Below are positions 29,086 to 39,065 of a DNA stretch of 64,000 bases, piece by piece (the first letter of the stretch is position 1; each line of letters starts with the position of its first letter). The DNA lies in the IMG/VR virus record IMGVR_UViG_3300031344_000002, positions 62,001-126,000 of that record; one strand, given 5' to 3'. A model generated the notes under the pieces. The model was given only the letters and a program-made list of their open reading frames with translations. It ran no database searches and was not told the DNA's origin. The translations under genes and the position numbers were made by a program.

Positions 29086-29940
29086 ATGTTAAAAAATGGA
29101 AGACCATATCATTTACCACAAATAAGTATGCCATATGACATTGTTTTAAATAAACTTGATGAAGAAGGAATTAAATATGAATTAGTTTCATTGAATCCAA
29201 GTGAAGACGATGGAATAAAAACATCTCAAAATGTGGTGTATTCAGATGAAATGGAAAAATGTAATGTTGATGATACAAATCCAATATGGCTTTCAAATGA
29301 TGGTGAAAATATTAATATTTGCGATGGGCATCACAGGTATGTTAAATCATTGATTGACAATAAGTTACTTAAAGCAGTTAAACTCGATTTAAATGAAAAA
29401 GATGCTAGTAGAGTGTTAAATAAAATTCAAGATATTTACGAATATGAACAAGCACGTAATATGGAAGAAGTGGAAGACCAAGATGCAATTAATTATTATG
29501 ATAATAATGCAGAAAGCGGTAAAGAAAATACTAATACAGAATTTTTAGATTCATTAGAAGAAGATAATTTAGCACTACAAGCAGAAGCACCAAGTAAAAA
29601 TGAAAAAACAATTGTTGCATATAGAAAAGAACCAATTAAAGAAAATTCAATTATTGGAAATTTTTTTATATTAAAACCAATTGATGGGTATGATAAATAT
29701 GAAATTAATTTCGAAAATTTATTAGACGTAAATGCATTAGGTATTGTTTATAAAGATGGACAAGAACCAGTTGATATATTAGCGAAAAACTGGTTTCCAC
29801 ATATAAATTTTGAAAAATTAAGCGAGCAATATAATGTTCCAGCATTAAATCTAAAAAATAAAGCAATTGCAGAAAAAGCAATGAAAAATGGTTATGATGG
29901 AATTAAATATAATGATACATTAATACAAGGATTAAAATAA
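29086..29940 (+). CDS. ParB/Srx-like domain plus possible ART-like C-terminal domain
   Basis: PIWLS...ICDGHHRY (ParB-like); C-terminal half has AYR...GNFF...GYDGIKY. Confidence 0.55.
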   Translation: MLKNGRPYHLPQISMPYDIVLNKLDEEGIKYELVSLNPSEDDGIKTSQNVVYSDEMEKCNVDDTNPIWLSNDGENINICDGHHRYVKSLIDNKLLKAVKLDLNEKDASRVLNKIQDIYEYEQARNMEEVEDQDAINYYDNNAESGKENTNTEFLDSLEEDNLALQAEAPSKNEKTIVAYRKEPIKENSIIGNFFILKPIDGYDKYEINFENLLDVNALGIVYKDGQEPVDILAKNWFPHINFEKLSEQYNVPALNLKNKAIAEKAMKNGYDGIKYNDTLIQGLK

Positions 29941-29948
29941 TTAAAAAC

Positions 29949-30320
29949 ATGAGTACATTTAAAATTATAAACATAACAAATCTCGCTTCAAAGCGAGATT
30001 TTAAATACAATTCAATACTTGATATTGATTATGTAGATAAAATGACAAAAAAAATTATTAGTATAAAACCCGGTGATACTGCTTATTTAACAATACCGTC
30101 ATTACCTTTGTCAGTACATAGGTTAAGAGTTAAAAATTTAATAACTGTAGATGAAATTGATAGTATAGAGTTTGCCAAATCAATGAAGAATATAAAAACT
30201 AAAACAGTTATTAAAGAAGTTGTTGATGAAGAAGAAAAAAAATCTATTCAGAAAAGTAAAAAAAAATATTCTAAAAAAGAAGAAGAAGCAGATACTGAAG
30301 TAGATATGAAGCACATATAA
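29949..30320 (+). CDS. Hypothetical protein
   Basis: 123-aa ORF with charged tail, followed by a terminator. Confidence 0.55.
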   Translation: MSTFKIINITNLASKRDFKYNSILDIDYVDKMTKKIISIKPGDTAYLTIPSLPLSVHRLRVKNLITVDEIDSIEFAKSMKNIKTKTVIKEVVDEEEKKSIQKSKKKYSKKEEEADTEVDMKHI

Positions 30321-30344
30321 ACATATTTATGCATCAAATAATAT

Positions 30345-30370
30345 AAAGCCAACATTTTGTTGGCTTTTAT
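30345..30370 (+). terminator. Intrinsic terminator
   Basis: aaagccaac-atttt-gttggcttt followed by a T-run. Confidence 0.75.
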
Positions 30371-30457
30371 TTTTAAATAACCTTTCATATTTGATAATTT
30401 TATATTATTTTTACGTATTTAATAATAAATTACATTATTTTATAATAAATTATAAAT

Positions 30458-31846
30458 ATGGACGGCAAAATAAGAGTTTTATTTTATAACCTTGATGGTG
30501 CAGGAGTAAATTTTTTTCGAACACTTTCCCCAGCAATGGAACTTGAAAGGAATCATTCAGAAGATTTTTATGTTGAAATTAATCCACAAATTGATTTTAA
30601 CGACCCAAAATTCGTTGATTATCTTAAAACATTTCATATCATACATTACCATCGTCAATTTCTTGGTGAAACACAAAAAATGATTCAATTAGCTAATGAA
30701 TTAAGAAAATCAGGAACAATTTTAATTGTTGATATCGATGACTATTGGAAATTACATAAACAACATCCTTTTTATATGATGAGTCAAGAAAAGAAATTGT
30801 ATGTTCCAATTATTGAAAATCTTAAAATTGCCGATTATGTTACAACTACAACTGATTTATTTGCTTCAGAAATTCGTACCATAACTGGTAAAGATAATGT
30901 TGAAGTATTCTATAATTCAGTTGACCCGATTTGGATGAAACAATTTCAAAATAATTGGAAACCTGACCCTGATGGTTTGGTAAGAATAACTTATGCTGGA
31001 GGTTCAAGTCATTTGGGTGATATAGAACAACTTGAAGGAGTTATGAATGTACTTTCCAACGACCCACAAGTTAAAGATAAATTTAAGATTATACTAGCGG
31101 GTTTTGATTGTGAAGGTAATACAACAGATATTACATTTAATCAAGAATTTGGTGATGAATTGCAAAAAAGAGGATTATGGAAACCAGAAATAGTAAAAGC
31201 AATTAATAATTCAAAAGGTAATGTCGATGCAATTCCTAAACTACCAATAGATTTAAAAGAAAAATATAGAGATAAAATATTTAATCAGAATCAAAGAGAT
31301 ATTACATCTAAAGAAAGTGTATATTTGAATTATGAAAATATTTTAACTGATAATCATCATATGATTAAAAATCTTGATTATTTACAATGGCTTATGAATT
31401 TAGAAAGAAACGTAAAGTATGAAAATGAAGGTAATTTTGGTAGACGTTGGACACAAAAAGCAAATACATATGCACAAGTACTTGATGAAACTGATATAGT
31501 AATTGCTCCACTTGCCAATAATCCATTTAATAAAATGAAGTCGAATCTTAAACAAGTTGAATGTTGGACAAGAAAACTTCCTATAGTATGTTCAGATATT
31601 CCACCATATAATGTACATGGTAAGCACATGGAAAATTGTGTATTAATTCCGATGGAATTACCAAAAAATGCAAGAAAATATTGGGTTAAGTATTTAAAGA
31701 GACTTATATTGGATGCAGATTTAAGAAAAAAACTTGGTGAACAATTATATGAAGACTTTAAGGTTGAATATTCATTAAAAAATGTAACCCAGAAACGTGC
31801 AGAATTTTATAAGGCAGTAGTTGCTAAAACATTAGTAGTAGTTTAA
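30458..31846 (+). CDS. Glycosyltransferase, GT-B fold (GT4-like)
   Basis: G..FFR...P, IVDIDDYW, DYVTTTT, DIVIAPL..N.FN.MKSNLK..E and PIVCSD.PPY motifs. Confidence 0.75.
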   Translation: MDGKIRVLFYNLDGAGVNFFRTLSPAMELERNHSEDFYVEINPQIDFNDPKFVDYLKTFHIIHYHRQFLGETQKMIQLANELRKSGTILIVDIDDYWKLHKQHPFYMMSQEKKLYVPIIENLKIADYVTTTTDLFASEIRTITGKDNVEVFYNSVDPIWMKQFQNNWKPDPDGLVRITYAGGSSHLGDIEQLEGVMNVLSNDPQVKDKFKIILAGFDCEGNTTDITFNQEFGDELQKRGLWKPEIVKAINNSKGNVDAIPKLPIDLKEKYRDKIFNQNQRDITSKESVYLNYENILTDNHHMIKNLDYLQWLMNLERNVKYENEGNFGRRWTQKANTYAQVLDETDIVIAPLANNPFNKMKSNLKQVECWTRKLPIVCSDIPPYNVHGKHMENCVLIPMELPKNARKYWVKYLKRLILDADLRKKLGEQLYEDFKVEYSLKNVTQKRAEFYKAVVAKTLVVV

Positions 31847-31857
31847 AAAACAAAAAC

Positions 31858-32451
31858 ATGAAAAAAAGTAAAATTAAAAAATTAATAAGAAAAGAAATTA
31901 ACAAAATACTTCCTTTCTTAATAGAAGAATTATTAAATGCAGTAAAATATCAGAACATTTATAACAAATCTGATGATATTGGCAAAGTAGAAAATGTTGA
32001 CAATAAATCAAATACTACATTCGATGAGGATGTGAGATTTGATAATATTAAGAAAGAATATCCAGAAATCGATGAAATTAAAAATAAAGTTCAACAAACT
32101 TTTTTTCCTTCTGGTGTTGAAACTAGGTTTGTTAACTATTTAGCAGAAGCTGTTTTATTAAATAAAAGAATTATTAAACGAGATGGAAATTGGAAAGGTG
32201 AATATTATAAGAATCTTTTTAATGAATTTAAAAAAATTGTTGACGACTATAATGATGTGTATTATAATAAGGCAAAAAAAGAATTATCATTAAATAATGA
32301 ATTAAATAATATTTCCACTACTTTGAATGATTTAAAAAAGGAATCAATTATTAATAATAATAATAAATTAGTAATTGATTTGGATGAATTGAAAAAAGAA
32401 AATTTTGAACAAAAAATTAATAATATGACTAATGAAGCAAATAATAGTTAA
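31858..32451 (+). CDS. Hypothetical protein
   Basis: 197-aa ORF in an operon. Confidence 0.5.
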   Translation: MKKSKIKKLIRKEINKILPFLIEELLNAVKYQNIYNKSDDIGKVENVDNKSNTTFDEDVRFDNIKKEYPEIDEIKNKVQQTFFPSGVETRFVNYLAEAVLLNKRIIKRDGNWKGEYYKNLFNEFKKIVDDYNDVYYNKAKKELSLNNELNNISTTLNDLKKESIINNNNKLVIDLDELKKENFEQKINNMTNEANNS

Positions 32452-32464
32452 TTAATAAATTTAG

Positions 32465-33376
32465 ATGAAACATTTATTTCAAAAAATAATTCTTTGGACA
32501 TATATAAAAATTCATACAATTATTATATATGTTTCTTTGGCATTATATAGGACTGAAGAAGACATATTAAAATCATCTGCTATTGATATTCAGGATAAAG
32601 ATAAAAAAACAACAAGAAAACTTCATAAAAATCCTTTGCTTGAAAAATTTTATGCTGGTCAACGTGATGAACGCTATGTTAAAGATTATTATGAACTTCT
32701 TAAGAAAGCAGATAAATTTATGTGCAAATCAACACCACATCAAATGGCTGTTGCTGCAGATAAACATGGCATGAGTTATGGAATGAAAGACCAATATGGT
32801 CGTAGATATGAACATTATGGATTTTTCGATGATAAGCATAAACATGCTGGTAAGACATTGGGTGAGGTTTTGACTTTAGAATTTGAAGAAAGGCGTACTA
32901 AAGATGACAATTATAAAATAATGTACATTTTTAATAATAAACCAATTGAAGTGGGTTTTGCAAAAGTATTGGATGTTGTAGAAAAAACCCAAAAAGAAAA
33001 TGCGGATTTTGAATATGAGGTACAAGATATGTTCAAGAAATCCAAATCTTTTGAATTTCCAATTAAAGCAACACATATTAATGAAAATATTATAAATAAA
33101 ATTGAGGAATTAACAGAATATTTACACATAAAAAGAATCGGTTTTGAATATAGGATATTAGAATTTTTCATACCATTGAAGTTTAAAACTTCAGAATTAG
33201 ATGATGATTCAAATGCGTTTAAGGAAATTCAAGATATTAAAGAAATTTATGTGAGAGATGAATATGGCGAATTGAAAGCATTTAGAATTATTAAATTCGT
33301 GAAAAGATTAATACATAATGACATATATGAAGTCCTGAAATTTGAAGGAATTGAAATGGAAACAATAAAATTATAA
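32465..33376 (+). CDS. Hypothetical protein with N-terminal hydrophobic segment
   Basis: 303-aa ORF in an operon. Confidence 0.5.
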   Translation: MKHLFQKIILWTYIKIHTIIIYVSLALYRTEEDILKSSAIDIQDKDKKTTRKLHKNPLLEKFYAGQRDERYVKDYYELLKKADKFMCKSTPHQMAVAADKHGMSYGMKDQYGRRYEHYGFFDDKHKHAGKTLGEVLTLEFEERRTKDDNYKIMYIFNNKPIEVGFAKVLDVVEKTQKENADFEYEVQDMFKKSKSFEFPIKATHINENIINKIEELTEYLHIKRIGFEYRILEFFIPLKFKTSELDDDSNAFKEIQDIKEIYVRDEYGELKAFRIIKFVKRLIHNDIYEVLKFEGIEMETIKL

Positions 33377-33396
33377 TAAAACTAAAACGAAATATT

Positions 33397-33906
33397 ATGG
33401 CAGATTCAAGTTTTTTAGAAAAACTCAAAAAAGCAGTTGATACTGGTGAGTTTAATTCAGAAGCAGCAAAAAAAATAATTGAAATTGATAAATTAGCAGA
33501 TGAAAAATTATCAACAATGACAAAACCTAATATATCTATTGAGGATAGTGATTTATCGAAATCAATTAATGACCGTGTAAAAAAAGCGGGTATTAAAACT
33601 GTAAGTGAAGAAGAAGTACTTATACTTAATTCAGAATATGAAAAAAAAATGCAAGAAATGAAAGAAAGTGATGAAGAAAATAAACGAATTGCTGGATTAA
33701 CAAATTTGGCTGATAAACAACTTGAAACACTTATCGAAATTGAAGATATGTTGAAAGCAAGCATTCAAGATTTGTTATCTTTTACCAAAGAACTTGAAGA
33801 AAAATTTGGTAAAGAATTTGAAGCAAAGAATCCAATATTTACAAACTTACTTGAAAAAATTAATCAAATAAATATGAAATATAAGAATTCTATTATTAAC
33901 AATTAA
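33397..33906 (+). CDS. Hypothetical coiled-coil protein
   Basis: 169 aa, E/K-rich. Confidence 0.5.
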   Translation: MADSSFLEKLKKAVDTGEFNSEAAKKIIEIDKLADEKLSTMTKPNISIEDSDLSKSINDRVKKAGIKTVSEEEVLILNSEYEKKMQEMKESDEENKRIAGLTNLADKQLETLIEIEDMLKASIQDLLSFTKELEEKFGKEFEAKNPIFTNLLEKINQINMKYKNSIINN

Positions 33907-33917
33907 AAATAATTATT

Positions 33918-34382
33918 ATGGCAAAAATTGAAAAAGCATCAGAAGAAATGATTAATCTTTTCGGTGAAATTAAAAGTAAAACAACAATCAAAAATTGGCT
34001 TGAATTTGAAGTTCTTTGTAACAATAAACAAAAGGAACTTTATAAAATCGTTAAAACAAATGACCTTGTAGAGGTATTAACAAATGGTATTAATTTTGCG
34101 GTCATTTTTAACGAAGAAATTTTCGACCAATTACCCCCAGACTTACAAGAAATTGCAATTGTTGAATGTCTTGCAGGTGTAAGTGTCAATGAAACAGACA
34201 CAGTTTCATTAGAGAAACCTAATTTCAATACACATACTGGTGTATTAGAAAAATATGGACATGCTCCAATTATTACATTACATGAATCAATTAAAAGCCT
34301 TTATGATGTAAAAAAACAAAAAGAGGATGAGGCAAAAGCATTAACAAAAGGTAAACGAGGTAGAAAACCAAAGCAAATGTAA
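33918..34382 (+). CDS. Hypothetical protein resembling phage metallopeptidase-like proteins but lacking HExxH
   Basis: FNEEIFDQLPPDLQEIAIVECL, where such families usually carry HEL.H. Confidence 0.35.
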   Translation: MAKIEKASEEMINLFGEIKSKTTIKNWLEFEVLCNNKQKELYKIVKTNDLVEVLTNGINFAVIFNEEIFDQLPPDLQEIAIVECLAGVSVNETDTVSLEKPNFNTHTGVLEKYGHAPIITLHESIKSLYDVKKQKEDEAKALTKGKRGRKPKQM

Positions 34383-34401
34383 ATAAATTATTAATAATAT
34401 T

Positions 34402-34430
34402 AAATCCCGGCAAGTTTGTCGGGATTTTTT
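34402..34430 (+). terminator. Intrinsic terminator
   Basis: aaatcccggca-agtt-tgtcgggattt followed by a T-run. Confidence 0.8.
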
Positions 34431-34438
34431 ATTTATTA

Positions 34439-34448
34439 AGTATTTATA
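34439..34448 (+). promoter_or_regulatory. Putative late promoter motif AGTATTTATA
   Basis: Directly after the terminator and 15 nt before the gp25-like ATG. Confidence 0.7.
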
Positions 34449-34463
34449 TAAAAAATAATTACA

Positions 34464-34862
34464 ATGAATTCATATAATATTACTTATCCATTTCGAGATG
34501 ACCAAGCGACCAATTCATTTCTTTTAATGAATCAAGTAAGTAAAGATTCATATAGTTCTAATTTGCTTTTACTTTTATTAACGCAAAAGAATGAAAGATA
34601 TTATGAACCAGATTATGGTACAAATTTATTAAAATATATATTTGAACCAAATGATAATTTAACTTCAAATCAAATAGAAGAAGAAATTAAAAATACTGTT
34701 TCATTATATATTCCAGAAATTAAAATAACTTCAGTAACATTTAATACAGTGGTTGATGATAATGGACAACCAATGTCCGATAATCAAATAAATGTTAATA
34801 TTAAATTTGTGTATACTGAAGGTGTACTTAATGAAGAAGGTAATATTGATTTAAATTTTTAA
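34464..34862 (+). CDS. Baseplate wedge protein, T4 gp25-like
   Basis: I.YPF...LLLLT.K.ERYY.PDYGT.L..YIFEP...I.EEI...V..YIPEI.I. Confidence 0.85.
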   Translation: MNSYNITYPFRDDQATNSFLLMNQVSKDSYSSNLLLLLLTQKNERYYEPDYGTNLLKYIFEPNDNLTSNQIEEEIKNTVSLYIPEIKITSVTFNTVVDDNGQPMSDNQINVNIKFVYTEGVLNEEGNIDLNF

Positions 34863-34864
34863 AT

Positions 34865-35611
34865 ATGACAATATCTTTGTGTATTACATGTATGAATAGA
34901 ATAGAGTTTTTAAATTTAACTATATTTAAAAATATTGAATTAATTAAAGAATTTAATGATTTTAATAATAATAAATTTGAAATATCATTATGTAATTATG
35001 ATTCTAAAGATGATTTAGATAAATTCGTTTCTAATAATCTTCAAGAATATATAAATTCTGGATTATTAAAATATATTAAAGTTAATAATAAGAAATATTT
35101 TAATATGCCACATTCAAAAAATATAGCACATAGATATTCAACTGGTGATGTATTAATTAATTTTGATTGTGATAATACATTAAATAAATATGTTGTAAAT
35201 TTCATTCATCAAACATTTACAATAAATGATATTAATAAAATATATTTAAGTGATTCAGAATGCTGTGGATTTTTGGGTTTAAGTAGATTTAATTTTTTTA
35301 AATTAGGTGGTTATAATGAAAATTTATTTTCATATGGTTTTGATGATATTGATTTAAAAAGAAGACTTGAAAAACATCTTAATTGTTCAAACATATCGTT
35401 ACCAAAATGTTTTCAATATAATACAAATTGCGTGATTCATCAAAATAGTGAATTTAAAATTCTTAATTTTAATAAAGAATTGGATGGTGTTATTTATAAT
35501 AATATAAGTCAAACAACAGAATATAATGCAAAGATTTCAAATTTTTATGATAAAAATAATGTTATGAACCCAAACGAATTCGAAGGAATTGATTTTGGAA
35601 ATTTAAAATAA
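34865..35611 (+). CDS. Glycosyltransferase, GT-A fold (GT2/GT7-like)
   Basis: ITCMNR, LINFDCD (DxD) and GGYNE....YGFDD.DL..RL. Confidence 0.75.
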   Translation: MTISLCITCMNRIEFLNLTIFKNIELIKEFNDFNNNKFEISLCNYDSKDDLDKFVSNNLQEYINSGLLKYIKVNNKKYFNMPHSKNIAHRYSTGDVLINFDCDNTLNKYVVNFIHQTFTINDINKIYLSDSECCGFLGLSRFNFFKLGGYNENLFSYGFDDIDLKRRLEKHLNCSNISLPKCFQYNTNCVIHQNSEFKILNFNKELDGVIYNNISQTTEYNAKISNFYDKNNVMNPNEFEGIDFGNLK

Positions 35612-35619
35612 AAAATAAA

Positions 35620-37470
35620 ATGGCAAATAATACAACAACAAACATAATTCAATATAATTCTCGAACATTTAGTGATATTCGTACCGACCTCATTAGTTAT
35701 ATTAGAAGCACATATCCTGAGATTTTTCAAGACTTTTCAGATAGTTCGATTGGAAGCCTACTTATTGATTTAAACGCAGGTGTTGCCAACAACTTGAGTA
35801 TTAACACTGATAGGACATTTCAAGAAACACAGTTGCAATTCGCACAACAAAGGTCATCAATTCTTAATATTGCAAAAAATATGGGATTTAATATTCCTGC
35901 GAGAAAACCAAGTGTTACTGTTATAGATTTTACTACAACGATTCCTGTTTTAGGTAATGCTCCAGACCCCTCATATTATCCTGTTTTAGATGCTGGAGCA
36001 CAAGTAATTGGTGGTGGTAAAATTTTTGAAACTCAAGCAACCATAGATTGGAATTCACCATATAGTAGTTTGGGTGACTCAAATCGTAGAATTATACCGA
36101 ATTTAGACTCAAATGGTATTACTGTAAGTTATTTAGTTACAAAAAGAGAAGTTGTTATAAATGGTGGAACAAACATATATAAAAGAATTATTAATACAGC
36201 AGATGTAATACCATTTTTTAGTATAGTATTACCTGACCCAGATGTAATTGAAATTGAAAATGTAATACTTTTAGAAGGGACAAATTATACCACAAATCCA
36301 GATATTAGTGAATTTTATAATCCAAATAATATGTATTATGAAGTAGATTATTTGGCACAACAACGAGTATTTGTTGTGGATAATACAAGTTCGAGTGCAA
36401 ATACAAATACTAATGGATTAAAATCAGCTACTTGGATTGATGTAACGAGAAAATTTATTAAAGAATATACCCCACAAGGTTATTGTAAATTAACATTTGG
36501 TTCTGGCGATGCAGATGTTAATGCATTTAAAGAAGGTTTTTTAAAAGAAGGTGTTAGCAATGTTTATTTTCTTGAAAATTTCTTAAATAACACTGCTTTG
36601 GGTGAAAAACTTAAATCAAATTATACATTATTCATACGATATAAAACAGGCGGTGGCGTTAGTTCAAATATTGGTGCTAATGTGCTCACACAACTTGGTT
36701 CATATAATCTTAGGCTTGTGGGTTCTCGTCAAGATTATAATCAAACAGTACAAAGGAGTTTAAAAGTAACAAATCCAATTCCAGCAATTGGTGGAAATGA
36801 TGGTTTGAGTATTGAACAAATCAGACAATTAATCAAATATAATTTTTCAAGTCAAGAAAGAAGTGTAACCTTAACTGATTATTTATTACAAATATATAAA
36901 ATGCCGGGTCAATTTGGTTCTCCATTTCGTGCCAATGCATATAAAGAAAATAATAAGGTAGTAATTCCAATACTTGGTATTGGTTCAGATGGTACATTAT
37001 CTAATACAAGCAATTCTTTATTGAAAGAAAATATTGCAAAATATTTATCACAATATCGAATGATTAATGATTATATTGAAATTAGAGATGGTCAAATATT
37101 TAATTTAGCATTTGATATTGATGTATATGTTGAAAATATATCTGATAATCAAGTTGCAAATAGTATTATAACATTAGTTATTGCTTTTCTTAATATTAAT
37201 AATCATGAAATGAATCAGGATATATTTCTTGGTCAACTTCAAACTGAAATTTTAAATGCAAATGGTGTTATAAATGTTATTGGAATAACTGTTTATAATA
37301 AAGTTGGTGGACAATATTCAAATAATGTAATTGCACAATCAATAATTGATACAACAACTGGTGAAATTGAAGTGGTTAATAATACAATACATTCAATGCA
37401 AAATTCAATGTTTGAAATAAAATTTCCTTCAAAAGATATTACTATCTTCCTGCGTAAAAGTATTAGTTAA
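35620..37470 (+). CDS. Baseplate wedge protein, T4 gp6/P2 J-like
   Basis: SRTFSDIR.DLI..., ETQLQFAQQRSSI..IAK..G, GGND..SIEQIRQ and Q.R.VT..DY. Confidence 0.85.
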   Translation: MANNTTTNIIQYNSRTFSDIRTDLISYIRSTYPEIFQDFSDSSIGSLLIDLNAGVANNLSINTDRTFQETQLQFAQQRSSILNIAKNMGFNIPARKPSVTVIDFTTTIPVLGNAPDPSYYPVLDAGAQVIGGGKIFETQATIDWNSPYSSLGDSNRRIIPNLDSNGITVSYLVTKREVVINGGTNIYKRIINTADVIPFFSIVLPDPDVIEIENVILLEGTNYTTNPDISEFYNPNNMYYEVDYLAQQRVFVVDNTSSSANTNTNGLKSATWIDVTRKFIKEYTPQGYCKLTFGSGDADVNAFKEGFLKEGVSNVYFLENFLNNTALGEKLKSNYTLFIRYKTGGGVSSNIGANVLTQLGSYNLRLVGSRQDYNQTVQRSLKVTNPIPAIGGNDGLSIEQIRQLIKYNFSSQERSVTLTDYLLQIYKMPGQFGSPFRANAYKENNKVVIPILGIGSDGTLSNTSNSLLKENIAKYLSQYRMINDYIEIRDGQIFNLAFDIDVYVENISDNQVANSIITLVIAFLNINNHEMNQDIFLGQLQTEILNANGVINVIGITVYNKVGGQYSNNVIAQSIIDTTTGEIEVVNNTIHSMQNSMFEIKFPSKDITIFLRKSIS

Positions 37471-37487
37471 AATTAATAAATTTATTA

Positions 37488-38159
37488 ATGGAAACAATAA
37501 AAAAAACAATACTTCAGGCATTAACTACAGGAACAACGTCTGGGTGTAAAGATAATTGTAGAATTATTATTCCAGATTTAGCTGCAGTTTATTATATTAA
37601 AATTAGTCTTACTCAAGAGGCACACGATTTTGGATTTTTTGATGCAGATATTATCGATAGTTTTCCTTATAGTAATCAAGAACCAATTGGACTTGGTAAT
37701 TTAACCAATAATATAATAATTACTGGTGTAACAGCAAATAGTAGATTAATAGAATTAAAAAAATATACTAAAGGTGTTCCATTTTCTCAACAATATTTTG
37801 GCAATGGGTCTATATCTGTTGATGGTGTTGATTATAATAATTCAACAGAAAACATGATTGTTATTTATTATATTGGTGGGATTAAATTTATTGATACTTA
37901 TACTGGAAGTGCAACAACTACAACATTTAGTTTTATTGGACAAGGATATAATAGTCTTGATTTTATTAATGTACCATATTATAAAGATTTTAATAAAGAA
38001 AATATTATTAGTAATCCAGAAATTAATAATGATATATTTATAATAAGACAGGAATTATCAGCATTTGATTCAAATTATAGATTAGAATATATAACAGATT
38101 TAATTGATTTGACAACATATGCTGGTGGTAGATTTTTTAATATAGTAAATGATGCGTAA
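37488..38159 (+). CDS. Baseplate-region structural hypothetical protein
   Basis: 223-aa ORF inside the baseplate operon. Confidence 0.5.
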   Translation: METIKKTILQALTTGTTSGCKDNCRIIIPDLAAVYYIKISLTQEAHDFGFFDADIIDSFPYSNQEPIGLGNLTNNIIITGVTANSRLIELKKYTKGVPFSQQYFGNGSISVDGVDYNNSTENMIVIYYIGGIKFIDTYTGSATTTTFSFIGQGYNSLDFINVPYYKDFNKENIISNPEINNDIFIIRQELSAFDSNYRLEYITDLIDLTTYAGGRFFNIVNDA

Positions 38160-38161
38160 AT

Positions 38162-39007
38162 ATGAAAATAATTCAATCTTTTGCACAATTTAAAGAAGGT
38201 AGTCCATATAAAATGAATAAAAATATTTATTTAAATTTTTATTCATTTTATTTAAGTTATTTAACATTAAATAAATATTATGGTAATGTAACAATGATTT
38301 GCAATGAAGAAGCATTTAATTCATTTATTAAATATATTCCATATGATGAAATAATTTTCATGAAAAATAATAATAGTTTTGATTTTTGGAGCGTATATAA
38401 AATAGATGCAATGAAATTAATTTCTGATGATTTAATTCATGTTGATTCCGATGTTTTTATTTTTGATGATTTATTTCGTGATTTTATTGATGGGGATTAT
38501 GATATATTGGCTCAAGATGTTCAAAAATGGAATAATAATGATACTATGAAAAATTATGTAAATAATAATGCGAAATTTTTATTAGATAATAATATTATTG
38601 ATGCAAAAATTTTTGATAATAAAATTGCAAGTGGTGGTGTACTTGGACTTAAAAATAATGTAAAGGAAAAATATTTTGATGCTGTTGATAAAACATATGA
38701 CGCAATGAAAAATAATAAAATTGCTGATACTAATTTAAAACCTGTAATTTTAGAAGAATTAACATTATATCTTGTTGCAATTTCTAATAAATATAAAATT
38801 TATATCATTTTACCAAACGATTTAATTTCTAAATATGGTCTTACTGATGCGGGTAATAAGAAAAAATATGTGCACATGTGGTTTGATAGTAGATTTGATG
38901 ATAGAAACATAACATTAATAAAAAATAAGATTAGATATGAATTTCCTCATAATTATTCTTTGGTTGATAAATATGAAATGAATGTATTAAAGGAAATTAA
39001 AATTTAA
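38162..39007 (+). CDS. Putative glycosyltransferase/nucleotide-diphospho-sugar-binding protein
   Basis: FWSVYK..A...IHVDSDVF (DxD) GT-A-like pattern. Confidence 0.5.
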   Translation: MKIIQSFAQFKEGSPYKMNKNIYLNFYSFYLSYLTLNKYYGNVTMICNEEAFNSFIKYIPYDEIIFMKNNNSFDFWSVYKIDAMKLISDDLIHVDSDVFIFDDLFRDFIDGDYDILAQDVQKWNNNDTMKNYVNNNAKFLLDNNIIDAKIFDNKIASGGVLGLKNNVKEKYFDAVDKTYDAMKNNKIADTNLKPVILEELTLYLVAISNKYKIYIILPNDLISKYGLTDAGNKKKYVHMWFDSRFDDRNITLIKNKIRYEFPHNYSLVDKYEMNVLKEIKI

Positions 39008-39013
39008 TTCGAA

Positions 39014-39023
39014 TGTATTTATA
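39014..39023 (+). promoter_or_regulatory. Putative late promoter motif TGTATTTATA
   Basis: Upstream of GTG 39066. Confidence 0.5.
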
Positions 39024-39065
39024 ATTAATAAAACATAATTAGTAACAAATTAAATATTTATAAGA

